A DNA stretch of 64,000 bases from Candidatus Poribacteria bacterium (GCA_021295755.1 JAGWBT010000002.1:7256-71255), one strand, 5' to 3'; positions 10,007 through 20,458 are shown, counted from the first letter of the stretch. Notes: generated by a model from the sequence alone, not told the origin. Made by a program: numbers and translations.

Positions 10007-11866
10007 ATGGCTGATAGCAACAACACCGAAGAAATCCAAGAATTTGAGTATAAAGCAGAGATGAAACAACTTCTGCATCTCATTGTTCATTCGCTTTATA
10101 CTCATCCCGAGGTTGCCATCCGCGAATTAATTTCTAACGCTTCCGATGCGTTGCATAAAATCCGCTTCAGACAGTTGACGGATAAGAATATCCTAAATCC
10201 TGAAGTGCCTTTAAGGATTGACATCGCGGTTGATTCCGATGCACAAACATTCTCGATTACGGATACAGGCGTCGGCATGACTAGGGACGATTTGACCGAA
10301 AGAATCGGTACCGTTGCGAGTTCGGGAACGCTAGAATTTCTGGAGCAAATGAAGGAGGGAGACACACCCTTCGACGCCAACCTGATCGGTCAGTTCGGTA
10401 TCGGTTTTTATTCGGTGTTTATGCTTACGGACGAAATTACAATTGAAACGCGCCACGCTGATACCGACTCAAAGGGGTTCCGATGGCAGTCAACAGGTGA
10501 GGGCAAATTCACCATCAAGGAGATTGAACGTCCGCAGAGAGGCACCCAAATCTCCTTTAAGTTGAAAGACGAATCCAAGGAATTTAGCCAGTCGTATCGT
10601 GTTGAGCAGGTCATCCAGAAATACTCTAATTTTGTCGATTTTCCTGTTTCAGTCAATGGGAAGCAGGTGAACACTGTCAGTGCCTTGTGGCATAAGAATA
10701 GGAATGAAGTGACGGAGGAGGAGCGGAATGAGTTCTATAAATTCATATCAAACGACCTCAATCCGCCGCTCGGTCACCTACACCTTTCTCTCGAAGGTCG
10801 CGTGAATTTCAAAGCGTTGATGTTTATACCGGAAACGCAACCGCTCAGATTTCTCAGGGAGGAAGACCTGAGTTCGCTGCACCTGTATTCGAGCAAGGTC
10901 TTTATTCAGGACGATTGCAAAGAACTCCTGCCTGAATACCTTCGATTTATATCAGGGGTGGTGGATACCGAAGATCTGCCCTTGAATGTATCCCGCGAGG
11001 TGACACAATCGAGTCCTATCATGGCACGTATCCGAGAAACCTTAACGGGCAGGATACTCTCTCTGCTGGAAGATTGGGCGAAAGATGACGCAGAGAAGTA
11101 TGAGAAATTCTTCAGGAATTTCGGCTTGCTCTTCAAAACAGGACTGAGTTCAGATTTCGTCAACAAAGATCGACTGCTTCAGCTCTTGCGATTTGAGTCG
11201 ACCAAAACCGAAAGTGGCAAGTTTACCTCGCTGAAGGATTATGTCGCTGGGATGTCGGAGGATCAGGAGGAGATCTATTACTTGTCAGGTGACAGCAGAG
11301 ATGTGGTAGAACGGAATCCCAATTTGGAATATTTCAAGAAACAAGGGATTGAGGTGTTGTTCTTCATCGATCCCGTTGATCTGTTCAATATTCCCCATCT
11401 GCTTGAATATGACGAGAAACCGCTGAAAAGCATCGAAAAGGCGGATATAGATCTCAAAGCAGACGAAGAAAGCCAAGATGAAACCTTAACCGAGGATACC
11501 AACCTGATTTCTGTTTTCAAGGAGATTCTCGGCGATAAGGTGGAGGATGTGGTGGCTTCCAAAAGATTGGTTGATTCAGCAGCAACCTTGGTTGTCGGGG
11601 CAGAGGGTATGGATGCCCACATGGAGCGGATGATGAAAATGATGAATCAGGATTTCACTGGATCCAAGCGCATCTTGGAACTCAACTTTTCCCATCCGTT
11701 GATAAAGAATCTCGCACAACTCAACCAGAACCAGGGCGATGAAACCCTTATCAAGAACTGTATTTTACAGCTTTACGAGGGCGCGTTGCTAGTTGACGGA
11801 AATACCGTGGACCCACCCACGTTTGTCGCTCGGATGACGGAGATTATGGAACGAGCAACAAATTGA
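10007..11866 (+). CDS. htpG: molecular chaperone HtpG (Hsp90)
   Basis: 619 aa with the HATPase N-domain motifs LYTHPEVAIRELISNASDA and GQFGIGFYS. Length is typical of bacterial HtpG. Confidence 0.92.
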   Translation: MADSNNTEEIQEFEYKAEMKQLLHLIVHSLYTHPEVAIRELISNASDALHKIRFRQLTDKNILNPEVPLRIDIAVDSDAQTFSITDTGVGMTRDDLTERIGTVASSGTLEFLEQMKEGDTPFDANLIGQFGIGFYSVFMLTDEITIETRHADTDSKGFRWQSTGEGKFTIKEIERPQRGTQISFKLKDESKEFSQSYRVEQVIQKYSNFVDFPVSVNGKQVNTVSALWHKNRNEVTEEERNEFYKFISNDLNPPLGHLHLSLEGRVNFKALMFIPETQPLRFLREEDLSSLHLYSSKVFIQDDCKELLPEYLRFISGVVDTEDLPLNVSREVTQSSPIMARIRETLTGRILSLLEDWAKDDAEKYEKFFRNFGLLFKTGLSSDFVNKDRLLQLLRFESTKTESGKFTSLKDYVAGMSEDQEEIYYLSGDSRDVVERNPNLEYFKKQGIEVLFFIDPVDLFNIPHLLEYDEKPLKSIEKADIDLKADEESQDETLTEDTNLISVFKEILGDKVEDVVASKRLVDSAATLVVGAEGMDAHMERMMKMMNQDFTGSKRILELNFSHPLIKNLAQLNQNQGDETLIKNCILQLYEGALLVDGNTVDPPTFVARMTEIMERATN

Positions 11867-11945
11867 CGCGAATTCTAATTTGGCAAATCGTACCCCAACT
11901 TATCGGGGCTATACCTATTTATGGAAGGTTTTGAAGGAGAAATTA

Positions 11946-13031
11946 ATGAATGCAACAATTACCGTAATACCCGGAGATGGAATCGGTCAAGAAGTTACAG
12001 CTGAGGCTATTCGGGTATTGGATACGATTCAAGACAAATATGGACATCGACTTGAGTACGAATACGGACTTCTCGGCGGTTGCGCGATCGATGAAACGGG
12101 CACAGCTTTGCCGCAAGAAACGTTAGACTTGTGCCGAAGGTCTGACGCAATCCTATTCGGTGCGGCCGGAGGACCAGAGTGGGAGGATGTTCCAAGCGCA
12201 GAGCGCCCCGAACGCGCTGTCGGAACAGTGCGCAAAGAATTAGACCTTTTTGTGAACCTTCGCCCGATTCGTGGGAGAAAGGCGTTGGCACCCGTCATGC
12301 CGGTGAAGGACGAGATCATCGGTGAGGGGCTAGACTTTATCGTGATTCGTGAGTTGGCTGGTGGTTTATATTATGGTGAACCACGCGGCATCGAACCACA
12401 CGCAGATGGAGAACGTGGCTGCAATACGCTTGCTTACACGACGCGCGAGATTGACCGTGTGGTGCGCGCTGGCTTTGAACTTGCACGAAAACGCACTAAA
12501 AAACTAACCTCTGTGGCGAAGGAGAACATGCTGGAAAGCTCAAAACTCTGGCGAGAAGTTGCGACAAAGGTTAGTCAGGATTATCCCGATGTCGAATTGG
12601 ACCATATCCTAGTTGATGCGTGTGCCTATCACCTCATCCGAAACCCGAGCCAATTTGATGTTATGGTGACGGGAAATATTTTCGGAGATATCCTCACCGA
12701 CGAAGCGGCCGTGTTGGTTGGTTCACTCGGCATGTGCCCGTCAGCGAGCTACGGATATACCAAGCAAGGCTTCTACGAGCCAATTCACGGCACCGCGCCC
12801 GATATCACCGGGCAAGGGGTTGCTAACCCGATTGGGGAGATTCTGTCCGCTGCCCTTTTGCTTCAACACTCCTTCAATCTTGATACGGAGGCTGCGGATA
12901 TTGAAAACGCCGTTGACCACGCAATCGACAAAGGATTTCGCACAATCGATATTCAGCAGCCTGGGCTGAAAACGGTCGGCACTGTTGAAATGACAGACGC
13001 TATTATTGCCGAGATTCGATCCGATTCGTGA
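11946..13031 (+). CDS. leuB: 3-isopropylmalate dehydrogenase
   Basis: The ATG at 11946 follows AAGGAG. ITVIPGDGIGQEV and NLRP are conserved in isocitrate/isopropylmalate dehydrogenases, and the C-terminus reads GDILTDEAAVLVGSLGM. Confidence 0.9.
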   Translation: MNATITVIPGDGIGQEVTAEAIRVLDTIQDKYGHRLEYEYGLLGGCAIDETGTALPQETLDLCRRSDAILFGAAGGPEWEDVPSAERPERAVGTVRKELDLFVNLRPIRGRKALAPVMPVKDEIIGEGLDFIVIRELAGGLYYGEPRGIEPHADGERGCNTLAYTTREIDRVVRAGFELARKRTKKLTSVAKENMLESSKLWREVATKVSQDYPDVELDHILVDACAYHLIRNPSQFDVMVTGNIFGDILTDEAAVLVGSLGMCPSASYGYTKQGFYEPIHGTAPDITGQGVANPIGEILSAALLLQHSFNLDTEAADIENAVDHAIDKGFRTIDIQQPGLKTVGTVEMTDAIIAEIRSDS

Positions 13032-13055
13032 AGCGTAGTAAGATCATGAAAAAAG

Positions 13056-13487
13056 TTGATTATGATCAGAATCAGTACAAGAATTATCAGCAAGGACGCG
13101 CACATTCTGCGGAAACGATTCGTCTCTGGATGGATGCCCTTGCAAAGTACCTTCCCCGACCGATTGGATACAGTGATACACTATGAATTCTTTCCAACCG
13201 CCAAAGGGATTGATAACCAGAATCTTTTATGCTTGGAAGCAGTTGAGGATTTATTTTCCGCAAACGGGTTTGAGAAGGTTGCTTTGGAAACCATTCTGCA
13301 GAAAATTGACGACAGTTTGCAGGCATACTACCAGCGTATCAAAATGAGGTCGTACTCAACGTTTGAATTTATGTCAGACGAAGAATTTCAAGCGGGGTTG
13401 CTTGCAATGAAAAAAGCTGTGGATAATGAAAAAGAGCCATCGCCGGTAACTGAAGCAATTGATTTGTTAGTTTTCAAGAAATGTTAG
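13056..13487 (+). CDS. hypothetical protein, possibly the 3' part of a frameshifted gene
   Basis: 143-aa ORF with no recognisable motif. A 47-codon ORF at 13046-13186 (MKKVDYDQNQYKNYQQGRAHSAETIRLWMDALAKYLP...) overlaps it in another frame, which suggests a frameshift or sequencing error. Confidence 0.3.
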   Translation: MIMIRISTRIISKDAHILRKRFVSGWMPLQSTFPDRLDTVIHYEFFPTAKGIDNQNLLCLEAVEDLFSANGFEKVALETILQKIDDSLQAYYQRIKMRSYSTFEFMSDEEFQAGLLAMKKAVDNEKEPSPVTEAIDLLVFKKC

Positions 13488-13509
13488 TTGCAAGGAGATT
13501 TTTTTGGGT

Positions 13510-14142
13510 ATGACAAAACTTCGCAGAGAATATACCGATGCCGGCTTGAATGAGCAAGACTTAGATGCAAATCCCTTTAATCAATTTGACCAATGGTTTC
13601 AGGAGGCGATCGATGCGAAAATTGATCTGCCGGACGCGATGACGCTGGCAACAGCAACGCAGGATGGTATACCTTCGGCGAGGATTGTGCTGCTCAGAGG
13701 ACATGATGAGCGGGGTTTTGTTTTTTATACGGACTACGAAAGCCAAAAGGGGAAAGAACTCGCAGAGAATCCGAAGGCAGCGTTGGTTTTTTACTGGCGT
13801 GAACTGGATCGGCAGGTGCGTATCACCGGGCAGGTAAGCAAGGTTTCTCGTGAAAATTCCCAACACTATTTTCAGAGTCGGCCTATCGGCAGTCGTTTGG
13901 CTGCATTGGCTTCAAAACAAAGCGAGGTTATCCCTGACCGACGGGTACTGGAAGATCGATTCAATCAGTTAGCAGCGCAATATCAAGACGAAGAGATTCC
14001 GCTGCCGGCGGATTGGGGTGGTTATCGTTTATCTCCTGACATGATTGAATTCTGGAGCGGGCGTCCAAGCCGCCTGCATGACCGTCTTCGCTATACCCGC
14101 CAACCCAATAATGATTGGCGGATTGAACGGATTTCGCCGTGA
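13510..14142 (+). CDS. pdxH: pyridoxamine 5'-phosphate oxidase
   Basis: Conserved PNPOx motifs are present (ATLATATQDGIPSARIVLLRG, YTDYESQKG, ALVFYW, and IEFWSGRPSRLHDRL at the C-terminus). An alternative TTG start lies at 13504. Confidence 0.88.
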   Translation: MTKLRREYTDAGLNEQDLDANPFNQFDQWFQEAIDAKIDLPDAMTLATATQDGIPSARIVLLRGHDERGFVFYTDYESQKGKELAENPKAALVFYWRELDRQVRITGQVSKVSRENSQHYFQSRPIGSRLAALASKQSEVIPDRRVLEDRFNQLAAQYQDEEIPLPADWGGYRLSPDMIEFWSGRPSRLHDRLRYTRQPNNDWRIERISP

Positions 14143-14169
14143 TGCTTTCTCTCGAATCAGTTTCCTCGG

Positions 14170-14997
14170 TTAAATGACCACGTCGGATTTTTTTGCCTTT
14201 TCCGTTGTTTGACCGGAAATCTCGTCACCAACTTGTCGAAGTTGATTAAAGTCGCGTTGGAAGCCTTCATGTAATGCCCCCACGTCGGTCTTGTGCAGGA
14301 CAAATCGAACCCCTTCTTGAATCCACTTTGTTGACAACTCGACAGATTGCAGATGGATAGCGACAGGTATATTGCGCTCACCGGACGTGCGAATAACAAA
14401 GCGGAGCATCTCCTCGAAATCCGGATGATCGTACTGATCTGGGATGCCCATTGTGATACTCATGTCATTCGGTCCGACAAAAACTGCATCAATCCCACCG
14501 ATTTTTAAGATCTCTTCCAAATTATCGGCGGCAGGCACGCTCTCAATCCCAATCATGACAACCGTATTGCGATTTCTTTCCTGCAAATACTCTTTCGATG
14601 CCTCGCTTGGGAATTCCCCCGTTTCCATCACGCGGTCCACGAGTGCGCCTTTTAACGGACGCCATCTCGCTGCCGCGACCACTTCCTTAACTTCTTCAAC
14701 AGTTTCGCAGTATGGAACTAAGACACCGTGTGCACCGGCATCAAGCGCCATGGTTACATAGTGAGATGAGGGGATTGGGACGCGGATAATTGAGGTTGTT
14801 CCTGTTGTGTTAATTGCCGCGATGAAATCCGCTACCTCACCCCGACTATATGCTGAATGTTCATTATCAATAATTACATAATCGAAGTTGAGTTGGCCAA
14901 TAGCTCTTGCCCACCGGGGATTCCGCGATAGACTCAGCATTGTGCCGTATACGATGCCACCATTTTCTAATTTATTGCGTAGATCTATGCCAGCCAT
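14170..14997 (-). CDS. HpcH/HpaI family aldolase (2-keto-3-deoxy-sugar acid aldolase-like)
   Basis: YGTMLSLSRNP...DYVIIDNEHS...IIRVP...DAGAHGVLVPY matches the HpcH/HpaI/citrate-lyase beta fold. The ORF extends to 15069, but the ATG at 14997 (MAGIDL) is preferred. Confidence 0.75.
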   Translation of the reverse strand: MAGIDLRNKLENGGIVYGTMLSLSRNPRWARAIGQLNFDYVIIDNEHSAYSRGEVADFIAAINTTGTTSIIRVPIPSSHYVTMALDAGAHGVLVPYCETVEEVKEVVAAARWRPLKGALVDRVMETGEFPSEASKEYLQERNRNTVVMIGIESVPAADNLEEILKIGGIDAVFVGPNDMSITMGIPDQYDHPDFEEMLRFVIRTSGERNIPVAIHLQSVELSTKWIQEGVRFVLHKTDVGALHEGFQRDFNQLRQVGDEISGQTTEKAKKSDVVI

Positions 14998-15100
14998 TGA
15001 TTTCTCCGTATTGGTGTTGCTTGGATAACAGTGAGGGTAATCTGCCAAAATCAAGTTGTATGAATTCACGAATTGATTTGTGAGTTGACAGACAGTATGT

Positions 15101-15757
15101 TCATTCGGATTCGCGATTTGGGTTGATTTGTTGTTGCATCTGCTGCCGAATCATGAAGTCGTCGGGGGCAACAATTCCACCTGAAATTAGCATTTTCATG
15201 GCAGTTTCAACCTTCATGTTTGTCTCATAGATGATTTCTGGATCACAGAAGAGCAAAACGCCTGTTGTCGGGTTTGGACTGGTTGGGACAAAAACAGAAG
15301 CAACTGGAACGGGATTCCCTTCTTCGTGGAACTCTCCTGTAACGAAGCCGATAACACGTATCGTCGATCCGGGAGTCTTAACCGCAACCGCTCGTGAGAA
15401 TTCGCTTGAGCTTGAGGTCATCAAAGCCATTTGCACCACCTGTTTGACAGGGGCGTAGACTTCACGCACGAGCGGAATCTTTGTTAAAATTTTCTCTCCT
15501 GCCCCAAGTAGCTTTTGTCCCAAAAAATTGGAGACGATTAAACCCACTAGGTAGACGAGCAGGAGCGTCGCTAGCACTCCCATACCGATGTGATATCTTT
15601 CCTCCAAGACCTGTGACAATATCGGCGACATTACCGGCTTAAGCCAGCCATCAATTGTAGTGAAAAGGAACTTCAGTACAAAGATGGTGACACCCAACGG
15701 TATCAGCGTTAAAATTCCTGTGATTAGTGTACTTCTGAAATGTCTTCTAATACCCAT
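15101..15757 (-). CDS. DUF502 domain membrane protein
   Basis: The N-terminal transmembrane helix and conserved segment (LITGILTLIPLGVTIFVLKFLFTTIDGWL...LGQKLLGAGEKILTKIPLVREVY) are typical of DUF502. Confidence 0.7.
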   Translation of the reverse strand: MGIRRHFRSTLITGILTLIPLGVTIFVLKFLFTTIDGWLKPVMSPILSQVLEERYHIGMGVLATLLLVYLVGLIVSNFLGQKLLGAGEKILTKIPLVREVYAPVKQVVQMALMTSSSSEFSRAVAVKTPGSTIRVIGFVTGEFHEEGNPVPVASVFVPTSPNPTTGVLLFCDPEIIYETNMKVETAMKMLISGGIVAPDDFMIRQQMQQQINPNRESE

Positions 15758-16234
15758 TTTTGTTTGAATTGATAAAGTAAGGCTAAACGACGTCAAATTT
15801 ATTTCATTGGTTGTTAATTACGCCGTAAAACTAAAGATTGAATAACGTGGCTTGCTACGCATAGGATATGCCGCAGTTAGACGAAAGAGAATCTAAGCAA
15901 AAAACAATACACACAAGGGTTCGCTGGATAAGCAATTTTACTTCCACCACCCTCGGCTGGATTAGATCTTTCTATCTAGGCTGAACAAGGCTATAGCATA
16001 CAACGCAAAAGGGTAAAAAAAGATGCAAAATATCTTAATTTCCGATAGGTAGTATTCTAATAATTATGATAGCATACAACCACTGCATCGTCAATCAGGG
16101 TACACATTTCCACAACCAAGTTAACCGCTATGAGAATTTTTGTGAAATGCGTGAATCTTGTTGTTATTGAGATTTAATCGCGTTAGAATACAGTCAGTTC
16201 GACGTAAAAACTGATTCAGGAAAGGTGTAAGCGC

Positions 16235-17404
16235 GTGAAAATCACTAAAGTTGATACACTTCGGGCGAGCCGATTCATGTACGTCAAAGTTGAAACAGAT
16301 GAAGGCATCACAGGGGTTGGTGAGCTTCATCCTGCTAGTGGTACTGGTGGCACTCCATTTTTGCCGATCGCAGGGGTTGAATATTGCGCCGAATACCTCG
16401 TTGGCAAGGACCCATTACACATCGAACGGCACTGGCAGCATACATTCCGTCGCTGTTTATTCCGTGGCGGCGCAGACGTGATGTCTGCCATCGGTGCGAT
16501 TGACATCGCGTTGTGGGACATCAAGGGCAAGGTGCTCGATGCACCGGTTTATGAACTAATTGGGGGACCCACACGAGAGAAAATTCGTCTTTATACACAT
16601 CTGGGCGGAAACACACCCGAAGAATTGGCAGAGCAAGCTGCCGCGCGGGTTGAAGAGGGGTTCACTGCTGTGAGGTTGTATCCGTTTGGTGATTTTGGCG
16701 TGTTTGATTTCGAGGAGGGACGCGGTCTGGAAAGCATGAGCTATACCGCGATGGTTCGTAACGCTGAACAGCGGGTCGGAGCGGTTCGAGACGCGGTGGG
16801 TCCGGATGTAGATGTCATGATTGATGTTGTCAACCGACTTACCCCAGCGGAAGCCATCGCTGTGGGACGTGCACTTGAGCCGTATAACCTATACTTTTTC
16901 GAGGATCCGATTGAACCTGAAAATATGGACGCATGGGAGTACGTTGCGGCTAGCGTTCCTATGCCGCTTGCGATGGGGGAACGGCTCTACACAATTTACC
17001 AGTTCCGGGACCTGCTGAACCACAACGGCGCTGCATTCGTCCGTCCCGACCTGTCGCTCGCCGGGGGCATCACAAATGTCAAGAAAATCGCGACCCTTGC
17101 AGAGGCGAGTTACATCGGTGTGGTGCCGCACAACCCGTTGAGTTGTGTCCTCACTGCCGCGTGTGTGCAGATTGATGCAGCTATTCACAATCTTGCTATG
17201 CAAGAGTATCCGCTGGGTGAAGATAAATCCCCCAAGGACGATCTTGTCAAAGAACCGATTAAGCGCGAAGGTGGATATTTAATTCCTCCGGACACCCCCG
17301 GAATTGGAATTGAACTCAACGAAGAGGCGTTCAAGCATTACCCTCCGGAGCCGTATGTGCGTCCACCACTCATTACGCCAGATGGGGGATTGAAGGAATA
17401 TTAA
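16235..17404 (+). CDS. mandelate racemase/muconate lactonizing enzyme family dehydratase (enolase superfamily; galactonate dehydratase-like)
   Basis: GTG start with a GGAAAGG ribosome-binding site. MKITKVDT...YVKVETDEGITGVGE is the typical N-terminal capping domain, and the barrel carries the metal ligands (DVNxxxT, EDP). Confidence 0.8.
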   Translation: MKITKVDTLRASRFMYVKVETDEGITGVGELHPASGTGGTPFLPIAGVEYCAEYLVGKDPLHIERHWQHTFRRCLFRGGADVMSAIGAIDIALWDIKGKVLDAPVYELIGGPTREKIRLYTHLGGNTPEELAEQAAARVEEGFTAVRLYPFGDFGVFDFEEGRGLESMSYTAMVRNAEQRVGAVRDAVGPDVDVMIDVVNRLTPAEAIAVGRALEPYNLYFFEDPIEPENMDAWEYVAASVPMPLAMGERLYTIYQFRDLLNHNGAAFVRPDLSLAGGITNVKKIATLAEASYIGVVPHNPLSCVLTAACVQIDAAIHNLAMQEYPLGEDKSPKDDLVKEPIKREGGYLIPPDTPGIGIELNEEAFKHYPPEPYVRPPLITPDGGLKEY

Positions 17405-18507
17405 TTACTTGGTATTGGCAACCACATCCCACCAGTTTTTCTCGCTAGCGCCTTTTGCTCACGTTCAGCTTTGAGCGGATCGTCGGCTTCGGTTCTATCA
17501 GTTACGCCCCCAATTATATCCAATGTGATTTCTGCTGCCCAGCATCGTTGTAGCACCTCTTGAATTGTATAGGGACCTGTGCACGGTGCATCGGTGATGA
17601 GGATAAAACGCCGTCGTGCCCCCGGACGGAATTTTATCCTCGTGATCGATTTGACAATCGCCTCATAAGCCCGTTCAGCCCCACTGCATTCGAGATTTTC
17701 TAGAAGACGTTCATACCTCTGATAATCCTTTGTTGGTTGATGAAAATGCTGTGCCAGATACTTAAACGGCACCATTGCCATTGTGAAATCTAGCTGTTCT
17801 GCTTGGAAGATTTCCACCATATCAACCAAACGCCTTCCCACTGCGCGAATATTATCTTCCATACTTCCGCTAGTATCTAACAAAAAGACGATATCTACGG
17901 TTGGTGTATCTTTCCCGCTCGCGATACCGCTGGCAATTGTCTGAAGAAGCGAGCCAATCTGTGCATCGCGATCAAGCGATGGTGTCTTAGCACTGTCAGT
18001 TTGCGGTCTTTCTATTTGCGACAGATCTTGCTCAACTTCAGTGGAGGTTGATTGAGGAATTTCGGCCACGGTTTCTAGTGGTTCGGCAATTGATTCTTGT
18101 AAATGCCAATCGTCTTCGGAGGCTTCTGCAAACGGCGTATCTGATGTGGGGAGTAGGTGAGCCGTTGTACTCAGCGGTTTAGCGGTTGACTGAACCGGCG
18201 GGGTTACTTGGTTTACCTGCACTGCTAAATCCTTTGGGGACATTGTTGGTGTAGAATGCACACTGTTTGCGTAAAGTTGGTTAGGGATGTCAGCATGAAA
18301 GATTGGCTTTTTGATTTCTACGGGATGGAGACGTTGGGAATGAAATTCGACCTCAATAAGTTCTGCAATAATCGAATCTGGTGGCGGAGGTGGTCGATAC
18401 CATCGCGGCAAATTGACGCTAACCATAAGGACCGCAATCAGGTGCAGCAGCAAGGAGGTAAAAAACGAGAAACGTGTGCGACGATTCGCTCTGGCTCGAT
18501 TGGACAT
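17401..18507 (-). CDS. von Willebrand factor A domain membrane protein
   Basis: The vWA MIDAS motif is present (DIVFLLDTSGSM). The N-terminus has a transmembrane helix and a Pro-rich segment (RPPPPPD). The start at 18507 was chosen over the 427-aa extension. Confidence 0.7.
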   Translation of the reverse strand: MSNRARANRRTRFSFFTSLLLHLIAVLMVSVNLPRWYRPPPPPDSIIAELIEVEFHSQRLHPVEIKKPIFHADIPNQLYANSVHSTPTMSPKDLAVQVNQVTPPVQSTAKPLSTTAHLLPTSDTPFAEASEDDWHLQESIAEPLETVAEIPQSTSTEVEQDLSQIERPQTDSAKTPSLDRDAQIGSLLQTIASGIASGKDTPTVDIVFLLDTSGSMEDNIRAVGRRLVDMVEIFQAEQLDFTMAMVPFKYLAQHFHQPTKDYQRYERLLENLECSGAERAYEAIVKSITRIKFRPGARRRFILITDAPCTGPYTIQEVLQRCWAAEITLDIIGGVTDRTEADDPLKAEREQKALARKTGGMWLPIPSN

Positions 18508-18839
18508 CGGTGGCCATCGGAGATTTTCGGGCGTGGGGCGAGAAGCGTGCGACGCAGAGCGTTGAAAGTCAACCAGGGCACTGCCTCTATAAAATCTAAA
18601 TCGCGATATGCGACGGGTAAATATGGTTCGCCAATTCATTGGATTCCTCACTCGCCAATTTGCGCGCTGCGATTTTATCACCAAGCGTTCTGTCTGTCAA
18701 AGGAAATCCCGCTTGAGATCAAGTCAGCTAAGGGATGGAGAATAGAGATTTTTGCTTGCAGGTTCAAAGAGGGGTGTGTTACAATAATCTCAATTTTCAT
18801 GTTTTCGGTAATTTAGGCTTCATAATTGGAACGGGAACC

Positions 18840-19331
18840 ATGGAAGCAAATGTACTGGTATTAAATGCAAGCTATGAAGCAATTAACGTTTGCAACCTAA
18901 GACGTGCAATGAAGATGCTTGTCAAAGTTTCTGATCTTGAGATTCGTTCGCCGACCATGTCGATGAAGATACCGTTGGTAATTCGTCTGGTGAACTATGT
19001 CCATATCCCTCATTGCGTCGTGAAGTTTTCACGTAAGAATGTCTTGACTCGAGATCAATACACATGTCAATATTGCGATGAACATTTTCCACCGTCAACG
19101 CTAACAATTGATCATGTCAAACCTCGTTCGAGAGGTGGAACGACCGTGTGGGAAAATGTGGCGACCGCGTGTAAAAGGTGTAACGCCAAGAAGGGCGATC
19201 GCACGCCCCATGAAGCGGGTATGTTCCCCAAGCGTTCGCCCAAGGCACCCTCAATTATTTCCTATCTGCACCTGAGCCGGAATGGTCGGTCCTATGACGA
19301 ATCTTGGAAAAAGTACCTATACATCAACTAA
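18840..19331 (+). CDS. HNH endonuclease
   Basis: HNH motif CQYCDEHFPPSTLTIDHVKPRSRGGTTVWENVATACKRCNAKK with paired Cys-x-x-Cys zinc ligands. Confidence 0.75.
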   Translation: MEANVLVLNASYEAINVCNLRRAMKMLVKVSDLEIRSPTMSMKIPLVIRLVNYVHIPHCVVKFSRKNVLTRDQYTCQYCDEHFPPSTLTIDHVKPRSRGGTTVWENVATACKRCNAKKGDRTPHEAGMFPKRSPKAPSIISYLHLSRNGRSYDESWKKYLYIN

Positions 19332-19475
19332 GGTTTTGTCTTGATGGAAATCAACAAAGTGGGCCGAAAACGGCAGATGCTATCTCAGCGGGGGCCAATA
19401 TTGTACCTATTGAGAAAAATCGCAAAAAGTCGCCAATGCTTTTCTGTTCCTTTGGTTATGTATTCGTGTGCTCGT

Positions 19476-20132
19476 ATGTGTATTTCTAATGCGTTGATAT
19501 TGAGCCTTTCATTCCTACTGCTGGGTTGTACGCTACACGCTCCGGAAGACTATTACTATGAATTCGCCCTGATGGAAGGGTGGGGAAAAACGAACCGACA
19601 GAAAACTGGACGAGAGCTTCATGAAGTCATACGTCATCCAGAAAACAGCGAACCGCTTGTTATTGCATTTGAAGTTGGTAAACCACCTGCAGCGTTACTC
19701 GGTTTTATTCCGTATGATGTTTCAGATTTACCGGAGGTGGATCAACCATCTACTATTGCGACTCCGAAAGTGCCAATTTCATTACGGGGTGAAGTATTGC
19801 AGCAACTCTTTAATGAGAAACAGATTCGGGTTGTTCATTGGCGGCTGAGGAATGGTCGTCTGAGGGACGATCAGAACGTTGTGCTGCTTAACTTTATTCC
19901 ACGCGCATTTTCCGAACGCGTGATCAAGGAAGAGTTCCTCATGATTTTTGCGCTTGTGCATGCGGCACAAACAGAGGCGGACACAATTGATGTCATACGG
20001 GTGATGGCAGAGGACGAAAACGGCACACCGCAGATGAGTTTGGAGGCTCAAGTTGTAAATTATACTGCCTATTTGCAAGGGAAAATTGACGGACAGCAGT
20101 GGGAGCAGCGACTTCGACTCCAGAGATTTTAA
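19476..20132 (+). CDS. hypothetical lipoprotein
   Basis: Lipobox LSFLLLGC after a hydrophobic stretch; no other known motif. The ORF extends upstream to 19341. Confidence 0.4.
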   Translation: MCISNALILSLSFLLLGCTLHAPEDYYYEFALMEGWGKTNRQKTGRELHEVIRHPENSEPLVIAFEVGKPPAALLGFIPYDVSDLPEVDQPSTIATPKVPISLRGEVLQQLFNEKQIRVVHWRLRNGRLRDDQNVVLLNFIPRAFSERVIKEEFLMIFALVHAAQTEADTIDVIRVMAEDENGTPQMSLEAQVVNYTAYLQGKIDGQQWEQRLRLQRF

Positions 20133-20146
20133 TATGGCGCGTAAAG

Positions 20147-20458
20147 TTGGAATTTCAACGGGGGTATAAAAAGGGGAAAAAGTACTGGAATCGCCATCTT
20201 GTTATCTATGTTTTCAGACAATCTCTCTCCTCCACCCGTTTGGGTATTACCGTCAGTAAAAAGATTGGAAACAGTGTTAAACGGAACCGCCTTAAACGTC
20301 TGATCCGGGAATCGTTTAGGCTATCACAACAGCAAATACCTCAAGGGTATGATATTGTTGTTGTTGGTCGGTCTGCGGCGGTCGGTGTAAAATGTCAGCA
20401 AATTCAAGCGTCCTTCTTGCAACTGCTACAACAAGCCAAGGTTTGCAGATCCGAGTAG
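20147..20458 (+). CDS. rnpA: ribonuclease P protein component
   Basis: LEFQRGYKKGKKYWNRHLVIYVF...GITVSKKIGNSVKRNRLKRLIRE is the RnpA fold signature. There is no in-frame ATG after the upstream stop, so a TTG at 20147 is proposed. Start confidence is low. Confidence 0.7.
   Translation: MEFQRGYKKGKKYWNRHLVIYVFRQSLSSTRLGITVSKKIGNSVKRNRLKRLIRESFRLSQQQIPQGYDIVVVGRSAAVGVKCQQIQASFLQLLQQAKVCRSE

Noticed and set aside
18256-18816. 186-aa + strand ORF overlapping the vWA gene 5' end and the divergent intergenic region
   Set aside because: Antisense to the motif-supported vWA CDS. The product is low-complexity (RRWS, QQQGGKKRE) and has no ribosome-binding site. It is judged spurious.
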